Positions 33,125-44,734 of a stretch of DNA of 64,000 bases are shown here, piece by piece. Within the stretch, counting starts at the first letter, position 1. Each line of letters opens with the position of its first letter. The stretch lies in the NCBI GenBank assembly GCA_965112735.1, contig OZ218961.1:1240001-1304000 (forward strand), in the 5' to 3' direction. The translations under genes and the position numbers were made by a program. Under the pieces are notes generated by a model that worked only from the letters and a program-made list of their open reading frames with translations, was not told the origin of the DNA and ran no database searches. This DNA comes from Phaeosaccion multiseriatum (lineage: Eukaryota; Protista; Ochrophyta, other classes).

Positions 33125-33179
33125 CTACTCCACCTCCTCCTCCTCCTCATCCTCCTCCTCCTCCTCCTCCTCCTCCTCC

Positions 33180-33214
<35 letters not shown>

Positions 33215-34867
33215 TTCATCATCATTATCCTCATCCCCACTCCCCTCATATGCGAAGAACCTCACTTCAAGGCCCTCGGGCAGCTGGGCAGGGAGCTCGT
33301 TTCCCTCCCTAACCTCAAGTCGCTCCAGACCTGCAGGTAGATCCGATAGGGGCTGGTTATACTGGATTCCCAGCTGCAGAGTCCGAAGAGAGGCAGGCAG
33401 GGTTAACGGATGATTAAACCTCGACCTATAGGGAAATTCCAGCTCCTCCAGCCCGTCCGGCAGATCCGATAGGGGCTGGTCATACTCCTCTCCCAGCTCC
33501 AGAGTCCGAAGAGAGGCAGGCAGGGTTAACGGATGATTAAACGTCGAGGCACAGTGAAATGTCAGCTCCTTGAGCCCGTCCGGCAGATCCGATAGGGGCT
33601 GACTGTAATACTTTCCCAGCTGCAGAGTCCGAAGAGAGGCAGGCAGGATCAACGGATGATTAAAGCTCGAATAATCGGAAAATCTCAGCTCCTTCAGCCC
33701 GTCCGGCAGATCCGATAGTGGCTGGGTATACTCCTCTCCCAGCTGCAGAGTCCGAAGAGTGGCAGGCAGGGTTAACGGATGATTAAACGTCGAGTAACGG
33801 GCAAATCTCAGCTCCTTCAGCCCGTCCGGCAGATCCGATAGGGGCAGCGTGTAGTACGGTCCCAGCTGCAGAGTCCGAAGAGAGGCAGGCAGGGCCAATG
33901 GATGATTGAACGCGGAATTGCAGGCAAACTTCAGCTCCTTCAGCCCGTCCGGCAGATCCGATAGCGGCCGGTCATACCTAAGTCCCAGCTCCAGAGTCCG
34001 AAGAGTGGCAGGCAGGGTTAACGGATGATTAAACCACGAGTCGCAGGGAAATCTCAGCTCCTTCAGCCCGTCCGGCAGATCCGATAGGGGCCGGTTATAC
34101 GTCCACCCCAGCTGCAGGGTCCGAAGAGAGCTAGGAAGAGTCATGTCATGGTTAAACCATCTCCCAAGCGTGATCTTCCGCAGCGATTGGGGGAGGTCCA
34201 AAGGACAATCGTACATGGACTCAGGACGGAAGCTCAACTCTCTCAAGGCGTGCGGAAGTTTGACCTCTTCGAAAAACTCTCTCCCAAAATGTACACTCTG
34301 TAGCCAGTCAGGAAGACGCAGGCCACGACAGTTGAAATTATCTCCCAAGCGAACGTGCTTCACCGAGGGAGGGAGCACTCTCAGCCCTTCCTGGACAAGG
34401 GCAATGTCCGCCGCCCGAGTAGCACCAGATGAAACCCACCGTGCACGGCCCAGCGTGACAGCGCTGACCGGAAAATGCCTTTCGTTGGGAATGTCCCCTC
34501 CTCCCTCTCCACACTGCTGGGCCCGCTGCTGCTCCTCCTGGACGCATGGTCTTTGTCCATCCTCACCAGCAGAGGATGCTCCTCCTTCCCCAGATGGCTC
34601 AAGCTCAAGCCGCTGCTGGTGCTCGAGCATCTTCAGCATTCTCTGCTGGACTGCGTTAGGCACTTCGCAGTGTAGAACAACTCGCCTGCCCACGACTGCA
34701 TCCACCACTCTGGACAAGCCCCACAGACTCCTGAAGGAGCCCACGTTTGCAACAATGAGGGTCAGCACCTTCACTCCATCCCAGTCATTGGGACCTTCTG
34801 ACCGCCGCCTTGAAGCACCAGATGCGATGGTGGTCTCGGCTGCTGCTCGTCTCTTTCCCCCCTCCAT
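33125..34867 (-). CDS. FNIP-repeat (LRR-like) protein, copy 1, intronless, ~7 x 41-aa units with an acidic tail
   Basis: 580-aa ORF; 123-bp units encoding FNHPLTLPASLRTLxLGxxYxxPLSDLPDGLxELxFxxxSx. Confidence 0.9.
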
Positions 34868-35600
34868 TCTTTCTTCTTCTCTCTCCGCCTATTCACCGAA
34901 TAAATTCCTCTGTCGACGCAAAACTCACCCAAACAAGCAGAGAGCGGGGAAGGTAGGGCGAGGGGTTGGAAGGGAGGTTGTCCGCCGTGTGCTCACAATG
35001 ACGGGGGAAGGAGGATGGGGAAATAGTTCGGGGGGAAGGCCGCCTCCCAAAAGTAAAGAAAAGCTGCTGAGGTTGGGGTGGGGTCTTGGAAAGAACCAAC
35101 AGGCACACATCATGGGTTCCCGCAGACCTCCTCCCCTTGGTCCAGAGAGTCTGAGCCTGACAGGGACGACAACAGGGAAAGCCGAGGCAGCAGCTCCGTT
35201 AGCAGCAGCAGCCTCTTCGCAAGCGGTCACTCTCGCCGGCCTCTCCCCGGAGGCGATGCAGCAGCGGGAGTGATGCAAAGCCACCTGAGCAGCAGCCACA
35301 GCAGCAGAGGCTCAAGCGGAGGAGGAGGAGGAGGAGGAGGAAGAGGACGAGAAACGTGTCACCTTGCTCGGAGGTACAACGACAGCAAGTCGCCTCACGG
35401 CCGCCAGCTCAAGAGGTACGACAGGAGGACACAAAGAAACAAGTAGGAAGGAGGGGGAGAGGAGTACCTGCGTGTGAGGTTCGCTGGGAGGCTGGCTGGG
35501 GCCCTGGCTGGGGACGGAAGAGTGGAGCCGGCAAGCAGCCAAGGGTTCCGTTTCTCTTTCCTCCTTGCTGCACATCTTCTCTTCTTCATCTCCTCGCACA

Positions 35601-36115
35601 GGCCTTCGAGACGAAGGCAATGTCGCCTTTGACCACCCGTACTGCAAGCGAGAGAGGGAGAAGCTCAGGCACGACCCGCTTGTTATGGAGCAGCTGCAGG
35701 TGCGAAAGCGTGTGTGCGCGTGCGTGTACATGCGCGCGTGGTGCGTGTGTGCGAGTGTGTGCGTACGGGTGTGCAGACGGGCGTGCAGGTGTGTGTATCT
35801 GGCTGTGTCCCCTGCAGGGTGGTGCTTCTGTGTGTCGCTCACGTGGTGCACAGCCCCTTTGAGTCTACCGTCACCCTCTATCTACCATGGCATTTGCTCT
35901 ATTATCAACTCCCCATCCGTCCTCCCTCTCCTTGGGGGCGTGCATCACTGGGTTAGTGATTACAGAGGTTCTGGGATGCCTTTCCAGAGTCCTCCAAGGA
36001 CGAAAGTGCGCATCGCCTCAAGGCCCATGTGCTACACCTTAACATGCTCATTTGCAAGTCTCTCTACCACCCCGACGACTTTAATCTTGTGGAGGCCAGC
36101 AAGGTCGTTGCAAAT
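35601..36115 (+). pseudogene. Two exon-like fragments of an unrelated gene, present only in duplicate copy 1
   Basis: GLRDEGNVAFDHPYCKREREKLRHDPLVMEQLQ followed by GT, then FWDAF...HVLHLNMLICKSLYHPDDFNLVEASKVVAN. Replaced by ~15 bp in copy 2 (~42920-42935). Confidence 0.45.
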
Positions 36116-36307
36116 GTTGGGTTGGTTTGGTGGGTCGGCGGGTGGGTGGGCGAGTGCGTCGGTGCGTGGGTGGGTGGGGTATGTGCAAGTCGTCTCATCT
36201 CCTCTCGTCTGTCCTGTCTCTCCCTGTGCTCTCTATGCTCTCTGTGCACATCACCATCCTTCTATCCGCCCATCTACTGCCATCTGTCCCTCCCCACCCC
36301 TTGGCAG

Positions 36308-38862
36308 TGGCTGGGAGGTGACCAGGCGTCCCTCACGCTCAATTTCTCTAAAAGCTCCGGCAACATCGTCGCACAGTACTACAACTTCATCCGGTAAGTC
36401 AGTGACGGACTGAATGACTCACTGACTGAGGGAGTGCGTGAGCGAGTAAGCGAGTGAATTCCTGAGTACCAAAGAGTCGGTCAGTCAGTACGGAGTGTCA
36501 GAGGGCAACGCTGGATGGCACTGGATGGAAGTGGCGAGTTGCAGTTTCCGAGCCGAGGTCCTGTGAAGCGCGATGGTCCTCGGACCCCACTCGAAGCTTT
36601 CCCCCTTGTCTTCCCCCCTCTCTTCTCCTTGTCCTCATCTCTCTCTCTCTCCCTCTCTACGCGCTTGTTGCGTGTGCGTTTCGTCTCTTGCTCTGCGGCC
36701 CTACATACCTGTCCCTCCGTGCTGTATCACCAACTGCTGTGCTGTGCTGTGCTATATCTGTGCTGCGTCGACTTCCATGAAAGGCTTGGGCAAGTCCGGG
36801 TATTTCCAAGTCATGGTACGTCCTGACACCACTCAATACTTACTTGCTTACTTACGCCCATTCTTGTGCTGTCGAGACGTAATTAAGACTACAACGGTGC
36901 AGTCAACTTTGCCGTCTGTGGTGGCGACACCCACTACCCGTACGACTGCCCAGCACGACTACTAGAAACCGACCTGCTTGTGCCAGGGCCAACAGTACTC
37001 TGCATAGCATACAGTTTCACGCCCCTCACAGCTCCTCCACTCTCTCTTTCGCTCTTCGCTTAACTGAGCTGCTTTGATGGCATTTTCTGCTCAAGCGAGT
37101 GGAGGTAAAGGCTCCTTCTTGCCTGACTTTCAGTGGAGGTCGGTCAATCCCTCCAGACCATTCCCGTCGCTCACCGCCCCTCCTTCCTGTTCACTTGCAT
37201 CGCACCTTCACCGCTCCCGTGTTACTCTCCCTCTGTCTCTCGCTTCTCTCGCGACCGGTGGCGGGGCTCTTCTGTTCTTCTTCTCGTGATATGATCAGCG
37301 TAACTGTATGGTAAGTGGGTGGGTGAGTGAGTGAGTGAGTGAGTGAGATAGTGAGTGAGTGAGTGAGATAGTGAGTGACTGTGAGTGGGTGAGCGGGTGT
37401 GTGGGTGGGTGAGTGTGAGTGAGTGAGTGAGTGAGTGAGTGGGTGAGTGGGTGAGTGGGTGAGTGAGTGAGTGAGTGAGTGAGTGAGTGAGTGCATGCGT
37501 GAGTGCATGCGTGAGTGATTGAGCGAGTGATTGAGCGAGTGGGTGAGTGGGTGAGTGGGTGAGTGAGTGAGTGAGTGAGTGCATGGGTGAGTGAGTGAGT
37601 GAGTGAGTGAGCAGCTCCAATCATGCCTTTGCCCCTCCTCTTTGTTGCCCACCGCCCCTCCACTTGCTTCTCACCCACGACTTTTCCCTCCCTTTACGCT
37701 CCTCTCCCCTTGCCCGCCGCTGCGACGCGCCGCACTCAGGAGAATGCAGAGTTCTTGCGCTCGTCGCTCGTCAAGACGGTGAGCATACAGACACTCCCTT
37801 AAAAGGATGGCATTGGATGGCTTGACTTACAACATAAGTACTGGATGAGAACCACCCCCTCCCTCCCTCTTACCCCTCAGGGCATGGTGACCATCGTGGA
37901 CAAGGCGCACATCCCCGTGGTGGCGTGGAGTCTCACCACTGGCGCCAACTGCAGCGTATTCGACCTCCAGGACAAGCTTCGCAACAAGGGCTGGATAGTG
38001 CCGGCCTGCACGTGCCCACAGGGCGCCACTGACATGGTGTGTGTTTGTGCGTGGGTGTGTGGGTGCGTGGGTGCGTGAGTGCGTGGGTGCGTGGGTGCGT
38101 GTGTGCGTGTGTGTGGGAGCGTGTGCGTACGTGGGTGCGTGGGTGCGTGAGGGCGTGGGTGCGCGTCTGGGTGTGGATGAGAGGGTGGGCGAAGGCGCAA
38201 GAGGACTCTCCACAGGGCATGAGCCGGTCATGATGCTCCGAGCTTCGTGCCATGAGTGCTCTACTTTCATCCAGCACCCTGACGCAACTGACCTTCCCTC
38301 CTTCCCTCCTTCCCTCTCCTCCTCTCCCTCTCTTTGTCCCTCTCTTCGTCGCCTCCTCTCGCTCCCTCCTTCCCTCACTGTCCCTCTCTCCTCCCTCTCT
38401 CCCTCCCTCCCTCCCTCTCGCTGCCTCTCCTCACTCACTCATACCCATTCATCCCCCTCCTCCCCCCAGGCCATCATGCGGGTGGTGGTGAAGGCGAACT
38501 TCTCGCCGTGACTTGGCGGAAGTGCTGATGAGCGACATCCTCGCCGCCTTCTCCTTCTTCCAGCAGCACCCCACCACTCCCCTCGAGCTGGAGACGCCGG
38601 TGCGTGCGCGTGCGTGCGTGAGTGCGTGTGTGTATGTGCGTGCGTGCGTGCGAGGGCGCGTGCATGTGTGTTTGCGTATGTGAGCGCGTGAGTGCGTGTG
38701 CGTGCGTGCGTGTGTGAGCGCGTGCGTGCGTGCGTCCATGAGTGCGTGTCTGTGTGCGTGCGTGCGTGCGTATGTGAGTGCGTAGTCTACGCCCGGGTTG
38801 TTTGCTTCGCGGGGTTCGCCTTGCCTTGTGCACAGGTCGGCTCTGGACACACACACACACAC

Positions 38863-38899
<37 letters not shown>

Positions 38900-39181
38900 C
38901 GCACACTCACACACAGGCACACGCACAACGGCACACAGACACAGCCATAGACACACACTCTCTCACACACTCTCTTTGCCCCTCTCTCTCTCACACACAC
39001 ACACACACACAAACACACTTTCCACCGACAACACCACCCCCATTGGCAGGCGAGGAAGAAACCCAAGGGGGTGCAGGAGAGGGGCGCCGCCGCCGCGAGC
39101 AAGGACCTTGGGCGGCTCCACTCACTTGGATCGGACGCAACGCACCGCCTCAGCGGAGAGAAGACCAACCGGGTGTGCTAA
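36308..39181 (+). pseudogene. Glutamate decarboxylase (plant/bacterial GadA-type), C-terminal exons only, copy 1
   Basis: Exons WLGGDQASLTLNFSKSSGNIVAQYYNFIR, LGKSGYFQVM, ENAEFLRSSLVKT, DKLRNKGWIVPA, IMRVVVKANFS (frameshift ~38506), ending KTNRVC*. The PLP-lysine region is absent. Confidence 0.8.
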
Positions 39182-40134
39182 GTGGTGTGGAGGGAGGGGA
39201 GGGGGCTGCCGTAGATAGGTATATGGGGCAGCTGTAGGTGTATGGGTTAGGAGGGAGCCTCGGCAGCAGCAGAAGCAGTGGAGTAATAGCAGCAGTAGTG
39301 AGGAGCAAGTCGCCAGTAGGAGCCAGAGACCGGAGTGCGCTGAAGGTTCGAGAGGGGGGGAGGAGCAGAGGCGAGGCGAGAGTCTATTTATTCAAGGGCG
39401 GGCGGGAGGGAGGGAGTATGCGAGTATGGGACCATTGACTGGATTCGGCGGGTGTGTGGCGGTGGCGGTGTGTGGGTGCAGGAGTGAGTGGGAGAGTGGG
39501 GCCCTCGCTTCTGCCCTTACAGGAACCGTCCAGTGAGAAACAGTCCGGCGAGGAGCAGCCAGCCAGTCTGAAGGCTGAGCTGGACAGGGATGGGTACTGA
39601 GAGGAATGGCAGCAAGCCAAGGAAGGGGGGAGCAGCGAGCAGAGCAAGCACGGCTTGGCTGCCTTCGCTTTTGTGATTTCGACATGCTTTGAACTCTACT
39701 CGTTATATACACACACATATATCCCAAGTCGCTTTTTCACACAAGCTTTACTTGAATTTGCAATGGGAGGTAGCTAGATCAGACTCTCCTCTTATCTCTC
39801 ACTGCGAGCCCCGCCGATAACGCTATATCTGTAGCGTGTATTACTTGCTGTCTCAAATCTGTAACCATTGTATAACCGCCTTTTTGGGCCGTTTCTTTTC
39901 GGACGCCACAGCGACAGCCCAGAGCGCTTCTGCGTCGCTAACTTTGGCCTCTTCAGATCCCAGAGCGCTCGTTACATCCATCCATCAAGACTCCGCCAAC
40001 CCCGCCAAAGCGCCGGTCCATACAGTGCGACCACTCCTTGACACCGTAGCTGGGCTACACCTCATCTCCTCGACTCGTCTTCATCACCATGAGCATCTCC
40101 CGCTTTACTTTAGTACTCTTCCTCCTCCTTCTAC

Positions 40135-42084
40135 TCAATACAACTCAATAACCTCCACTTGAAGGCCCTCGGGCAGCTGGGCAGGGAGCTCGATTCCCTC
40201 GAAAACCTCAAGTCGCTTCAGACGTGCAGGCAGATCTGGGAGCGGCTGGTGAAACTCCTTTCCCAGCTGCAGAGTCCGAAGAGAGGCAGGCAGGGTTAAC
40301 GGATGATTGAACTCCGAGAACTCGAAAAATCTCAGCTCCTCCAGCCCGTCCGGCAGATCCGATAGGGGCTGGTCATACTCATATCCCAGCTCCAGAGTCC
40401 GAAGAGAGGCAGGCAGGGTTAACGGATGATTGAACTCCGACACCTCGGAAAATATCAGCTCCTTCAGCCCGTCCGGCAGATCCGATAGGGGCTGGGTATA
40501 CTTATATCCCAGCTCCAGAGTCCGAAGAGAGGCAGGCAGAATCAACGGATGATCAAACCTCGAATAATCGGAAAATTTCAGCTCCTCCAGCCCGTCCGGC
40601 AGATCCGATAGGGGCTGGTGATACACCTCTCCCAGCTCCAGAGTCCGAAGAGAGGCAGGCACGGTGAACGGATGATTAAAGCTCGAGCGCTCGTCAAATC
40701 GCAGCTCCTTGAGCCCGTCCGGCAGATCCGATAGGGGCTGGTTATACTCCTTTCCCAGCTCCAGAGTCCGAAGAGTGGCAGGCAGGGTTAACGGATGATT
40801 AAACTTTGAGTCCCTGGGAAATTTCAGCTCCTCCAGCCCGTCCGGTAGATCCGACAGGGGCTCGTTATACTGCATTCCCAGCTCCAGAGTCCGAAGAGAG
40901 GCAGGCAGGGTTAACGGATGATCAAACTCCGACACATCGGAAAATCTCAGCTCCTTGAGCTCGTCCGGCAAATCCGATAGGGGCTGGGTATACTCCTTTC
41001 CCAACTCCAGAGTCCGAAGAGAGGCAGGCAGGGTTAACGGATGATTAAACGTCGAGTCACGGGCAAATTCCAGCTCCTCCAGCCCGTCCGGCAGATCCGA
41101 TAGGGGCTGGGTATACTTATATCCCAGGTGCAGAGTCCGAAGAGAGGCAGGCAGGATCAACGGATGGTTAAACGCAGAGTCTTCGACAAATTTCAGCTCC
41201 TTGAGCCCGTCCGGCAGATCCGATAGGGGCTGGTTATACTCCTTTCCCAGCTCCAGAGTCCGAAGAGAGGCAGGAAGCTTCAATGGACGATTGAAACGAC
41301 TTGAATAGCCGCCAAACTTCAGCTCTTCAAGAGAGCTAGGAAGAGTCATGTCATCGTCAAACGAGCTTCCAAGCGTGATCTTCCGCAGCGATGGGGGGAG
41401 GTCCAAAGGACGATTGTATGCGGAATGAGGATGAAAGCTCAACTCCCTCAAGGCGTGCGGAAGTTTGACCTCTTCTTGAAAATATCTCCCAAAGTGTACA
41501 CTCTCCAGCCAGTCAGGAAGACGCAGGCCACGACAGTTGGAATCATCTCCCAAGCGAACGTGCTTCACCGAGGGAGGGAGCACTCTCAGCCCTTCCCGAA
41601 CAAGGGCAATGTCCGCCGCCAGAACATCAACAGATGAAAAGAGCCGCGCTTTTGCAAAGCCCAGCGTGACAGCGCTGACCGGAAAATGCCTTTCGTTGGG
41701 AATCTCTCCTCCTCCCTCTCCACACTGCTGGGCCCGCTGCTGCTGCTCCTGGAGGCCTCGGCTCTGCCCCTCGTCAGGAGCAGATGATGCTCCTCCTTCC
41801 CCAGATGGCTCAAGTTCAAGCCGCTGCCGCTGCTGGTGCTCGAGCATCTTCAGTATTCTCTGCTGGACCGCTGTAGGCACATCGCAGTGTAGAACAAGTC
41901 GCCTCCCCGCTACTGCATCCACCTCTCTGCACAGGCCCCACAGACTCTTGGTGGAGCCCACGTTTGCAACAATGAGGTTCAGCACCTTCACTCCATCCCA
42001 GTCATTGGGACCTTCTGACCGCCGCCTTGAAGCACCAGATGCGATGGTGGTCTCGGCTGCTGCTCGTCTCTTTCCCGCCTCCAT
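40135..42084 (-). CDS. FNIP-repeat (LRR-like) protein, copy 2, intronless, ~9 x 41-aa units
   Basis: ATG at 42084 (MEAGKRRAAAE) aligns with the start of copy 1; same 123-bp unit. Confidence 0.9.
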   Translation of the reverse strand: MEAGKRRAAAETTIASGASRRRSEGPNDWDGVKVLNLIVANVGSTKSLWGLCREVDAVAGRRLVLHCDVPTAVQQRILKMLEHQQRQRLELEPSGEGGASSAPDEGQSRGLQEQQQRAQQCGEGGGEIPNERHFPVSAVTLGFAKARLFSSVDVLAADIALVREGLRVLPPSVKHVRLGDDSNCRGLRLPDWLESVHFGRYFQEEVKLPHALRELSFHPHSAYNRPLDLPPSLRKITLGSSFDDDMTLPSSLEELKFGGYSSRFNRPLKLPASLRTLELGKEYNQPLSDLPDGLKELKFVEDSAFNHPLILPASLRTLHLGYKYTQPLSDLPDGLEELEFARDSTFNHPLTLPASLRTLELGKEYTQPLSDLPDELKELRFSDVSEFDHPLTLPASLRTLELGMQYNEPLSDLPDGLEELKFPRDSKFNHPLTLPATLRTLELGKEYNQPLSDLPDGLKELRFDERSSFNHPFTVPASLRTLELGEVYHQPLSDLPDGLEELKFSDYSRFDHPLILPASLRTLELGYKYTQPLSDLPDGLKELIFSEVSEFNHPLTLPASLRTLELGYEYDQPLSDLPDGLEELRFFEFSEFNHPLTLPASLRTLQLGKEFHQPLPDLPARLKRLEVFEGIELPAQLPEGLQVEVIELY

Positions 42085-43102
42085 GTCTTTCTTCTTCTCT
42101 CTCCGCCTATTCACCGAATAAATTCCTCTGCCGACGGAAAACTCACCCAAACAAGCAGAGAGCGGGGAAGGTAGGGCGAGGGGCTGGAAGGGAGGTTGTC
42201 CGCCGTGTGCTCACAAAGGTCACGGGGGAAGGAGGATGGGGAAAGGGCTTGGGGGGAAGGAGGATGGGGAAATAGCTTGGGGGGAAGGAAGGCCTGATTG
42301 TTCAAAAAAATTTCAAAACGATCGTCTTTGATCTCCCAAAAGTAAAGAAAAGCTGATAAGGGTGGGGTGGGGTCTGGAAAGAACCAACAGGCCCACATCG
42401 CTCATGGGTTCCCGCAGACCTCCTCCCCTTGGTCCAGAGAGTCTGAGCCTGACAGGGACGACAACAGGAAAAGCCGAGGCAGCAGCTCCGTTAGCAGCAG
42501 CAGCCTCTCCGCATTCGTCGCGTCTGTCCCCAGAGAGCGACGCGAGTGCCGCGGTCTCCTCTTCGCAAGCGGTCACTCTCGCCGGCCTCTCCCCGGAGGC
42601 GATGTAGCAGCGGGAGTGATGCAAAGCCACCTGAGCAGCAGCCAGCAGCAGCAGAGGCTCCAGCGGAGGAGGAGGAGGAGGAGGAGGAGGAGGAGGAGGA
42701 GGAGGAAGAGGACAAGAAACCAGTCTTCCGTGGCACCTTGCTCGGAGCGAGGGACAACGACAGCAAGTCGCCTCACGGCCGCCAGCTCAAGAGGTACGAC
42801 AGGAGGACACAAAGAAACAAGTAGGAAGGAGGGGGAGAGGAGTACCTGCGGGTGAGGTTGGCTGGGAGGCTGGCGGGGGCCCTGGCTGGGGACGGAAGAG
42901 TGGAGCCAGCAAGCAGCCAACAAGGGTGGAAGCACTTTGCAAATGTTGGGTTGGTTTTGGTTCGAGTGGGTCGGTGCGTGGGTGGGTGGGGTATGTGCAT
43001 GTCGTCTCATCTCCTCTCATCTGCTCTCTATGCTCTCTGTGCACATCACCCTCCTTCTATCAGCCCATCTACTGCCATCTGTCCCTCCCCACCCCTTGGC
43101 AG

Positions 43103-44734
43103 TGGGAGGTGAACAGGCGTCCTTCACGCTCAATTTCTCTAAAAGCTCCGGCAACATCGTCGCACAGTACTATAACTTCATCCGGTAAGTCAGTGACGGA
43201 CTGAATGACTCACTGACTGAGGGAGTGCGTGAGCCAGTAAGCGAGTGAATTACTGAATACCAAAGAGTCGGTCAGTCAGTACGGAGTGTCAGAGGGCAAC
43301 GCTGGATGGCACTGGATGGAAGTGGCGAGTTGCAGTTTCCGAGCCGAGGTCCTGTGACGCACGATGGTCCTCGGACCCCACTCGAAGCTTTCCCCCTTAT
43401 CTTCCCCCCTCTCTACGCGTTTGTTGCGTGTGCTTTTCGTCTCTTGCCCTGCGGCCCTACATACCTGTCCCTCCGTGCTGTATCACCAACTGCTGTGCTG
43501 TGCTATATCTGTGCTGCACTGCGTCGACTTCCATGACAAGCTTGGGCAAGTCCGGGTATTTTCAGGTGCAGTCTACTTGCCGTCTGTGGTGGCGACGGCC
43601 ACTACCCGTACACGACTGCCCAGTACGACTACAGAAACCGACCTGCTTGTGCCAGGGCCAACAGCAATCTGCATGGCATACAGTTTCACGCACCTCACAG
43701 CGCCTCCACTCTCTCTCTTTCTCTTCGCTTAACTGAGCTGCTTTGGTGGCATTTTCAGCTCAAGCGAGTGGAGGTGAAGGCTCCTTCTTGCCTGACTTTC
43801 AGTGGAGGTCGGTCAATCCCTCCAGACCATTCCTGTTCACTTGTGTCGCACCTTCACCGGCCCCTTGTTACTCTCCCTCTGTCTGTCGCTTCTCTCGCTA
43901 CCGGTGGCGGGGCTCTTCTGTTCTTCTTCTCGTGATGTGATCAGCGTAACTGTTTGGTGTGTGGGTGGGTGGGTGTGTGGGTGGGTGAGTGAGATAGTGA
44001 GTGAGTGAGTGAGATAGTGAGTGACTGGGTGAGTGAGTGAGATAGTGAGTGAGTTGGTGAGTGGGTGAGTGGGTGAGTGAGATAGTGAGTGAGATAGTGA
44101 GTGAGATAGTGAGTGAGTGGGTGAGTGAGTGAGTGAGTAAGTGAGTGAGTGTGAGTGGGTGACTGGGTGACTGGGTGACTGGGTGAGTGGGTGAGTGGGT
44201 GAGTGAGTGAGTGAGTGAGTGAGTGAGTGAGTGAGTGAGTGAGTGCATGCGTGAGTGATTGAGCGAGTGATTGAGCGAGTGATGAGCGATTGAGTGTGTG
44301 AGTGAGTGAGCAGCTCCAATCATGCCTTTGCCCCTCCTCTTTGTTGCCCACCGCCCCTCCACTTGCTTCTCACCCACGACGTTTCCCTCCCTTCACGCTC
44401 CTCTCCCCTTGCCCGCCGCTGCGACGCGCCGCACTCAGGAGAATGCCGAGTTCTTGCGCTCGTCGCTCGTCAAGACGGTGAGCACACAAACACTCACTTC
44501 AAAGGATGGCATTGGATGGCTTGACTTGCAACAGAAGTACTGGGTGAGAAACACCCCTCCCTCCCTCTTACCCCTCAGGGCATGGTGACCATCGTGGACA
44601 AGGCGCACATCCCCGTGGTGGCGTGGAGTCTCACCGCTGGCGCCAACTGCAGCGTATTCGACCTCCAGGACAAGCTTCGCAACAAGGGCTGGATAGTTCC
44701 GGCCTACACGTGCCCACAGGGCGCCACTGACATG
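43103..44734 (+). pseudogene. Glutamate decarboxylase fragment, copy 2, truncated at ~44900
   Basis: Same exons as copy 1 with a 4-bp deletion at the start of the first exon; the last two exons are missing. Confidence 0.78.

Noticed and set aside
34143-35273. 376-aa plus-strand ORF (and 26513-27442, 24752-25222)
   Set aside because: Antisense to well-supported minus-strand coding sequence in GC-rich DNA.
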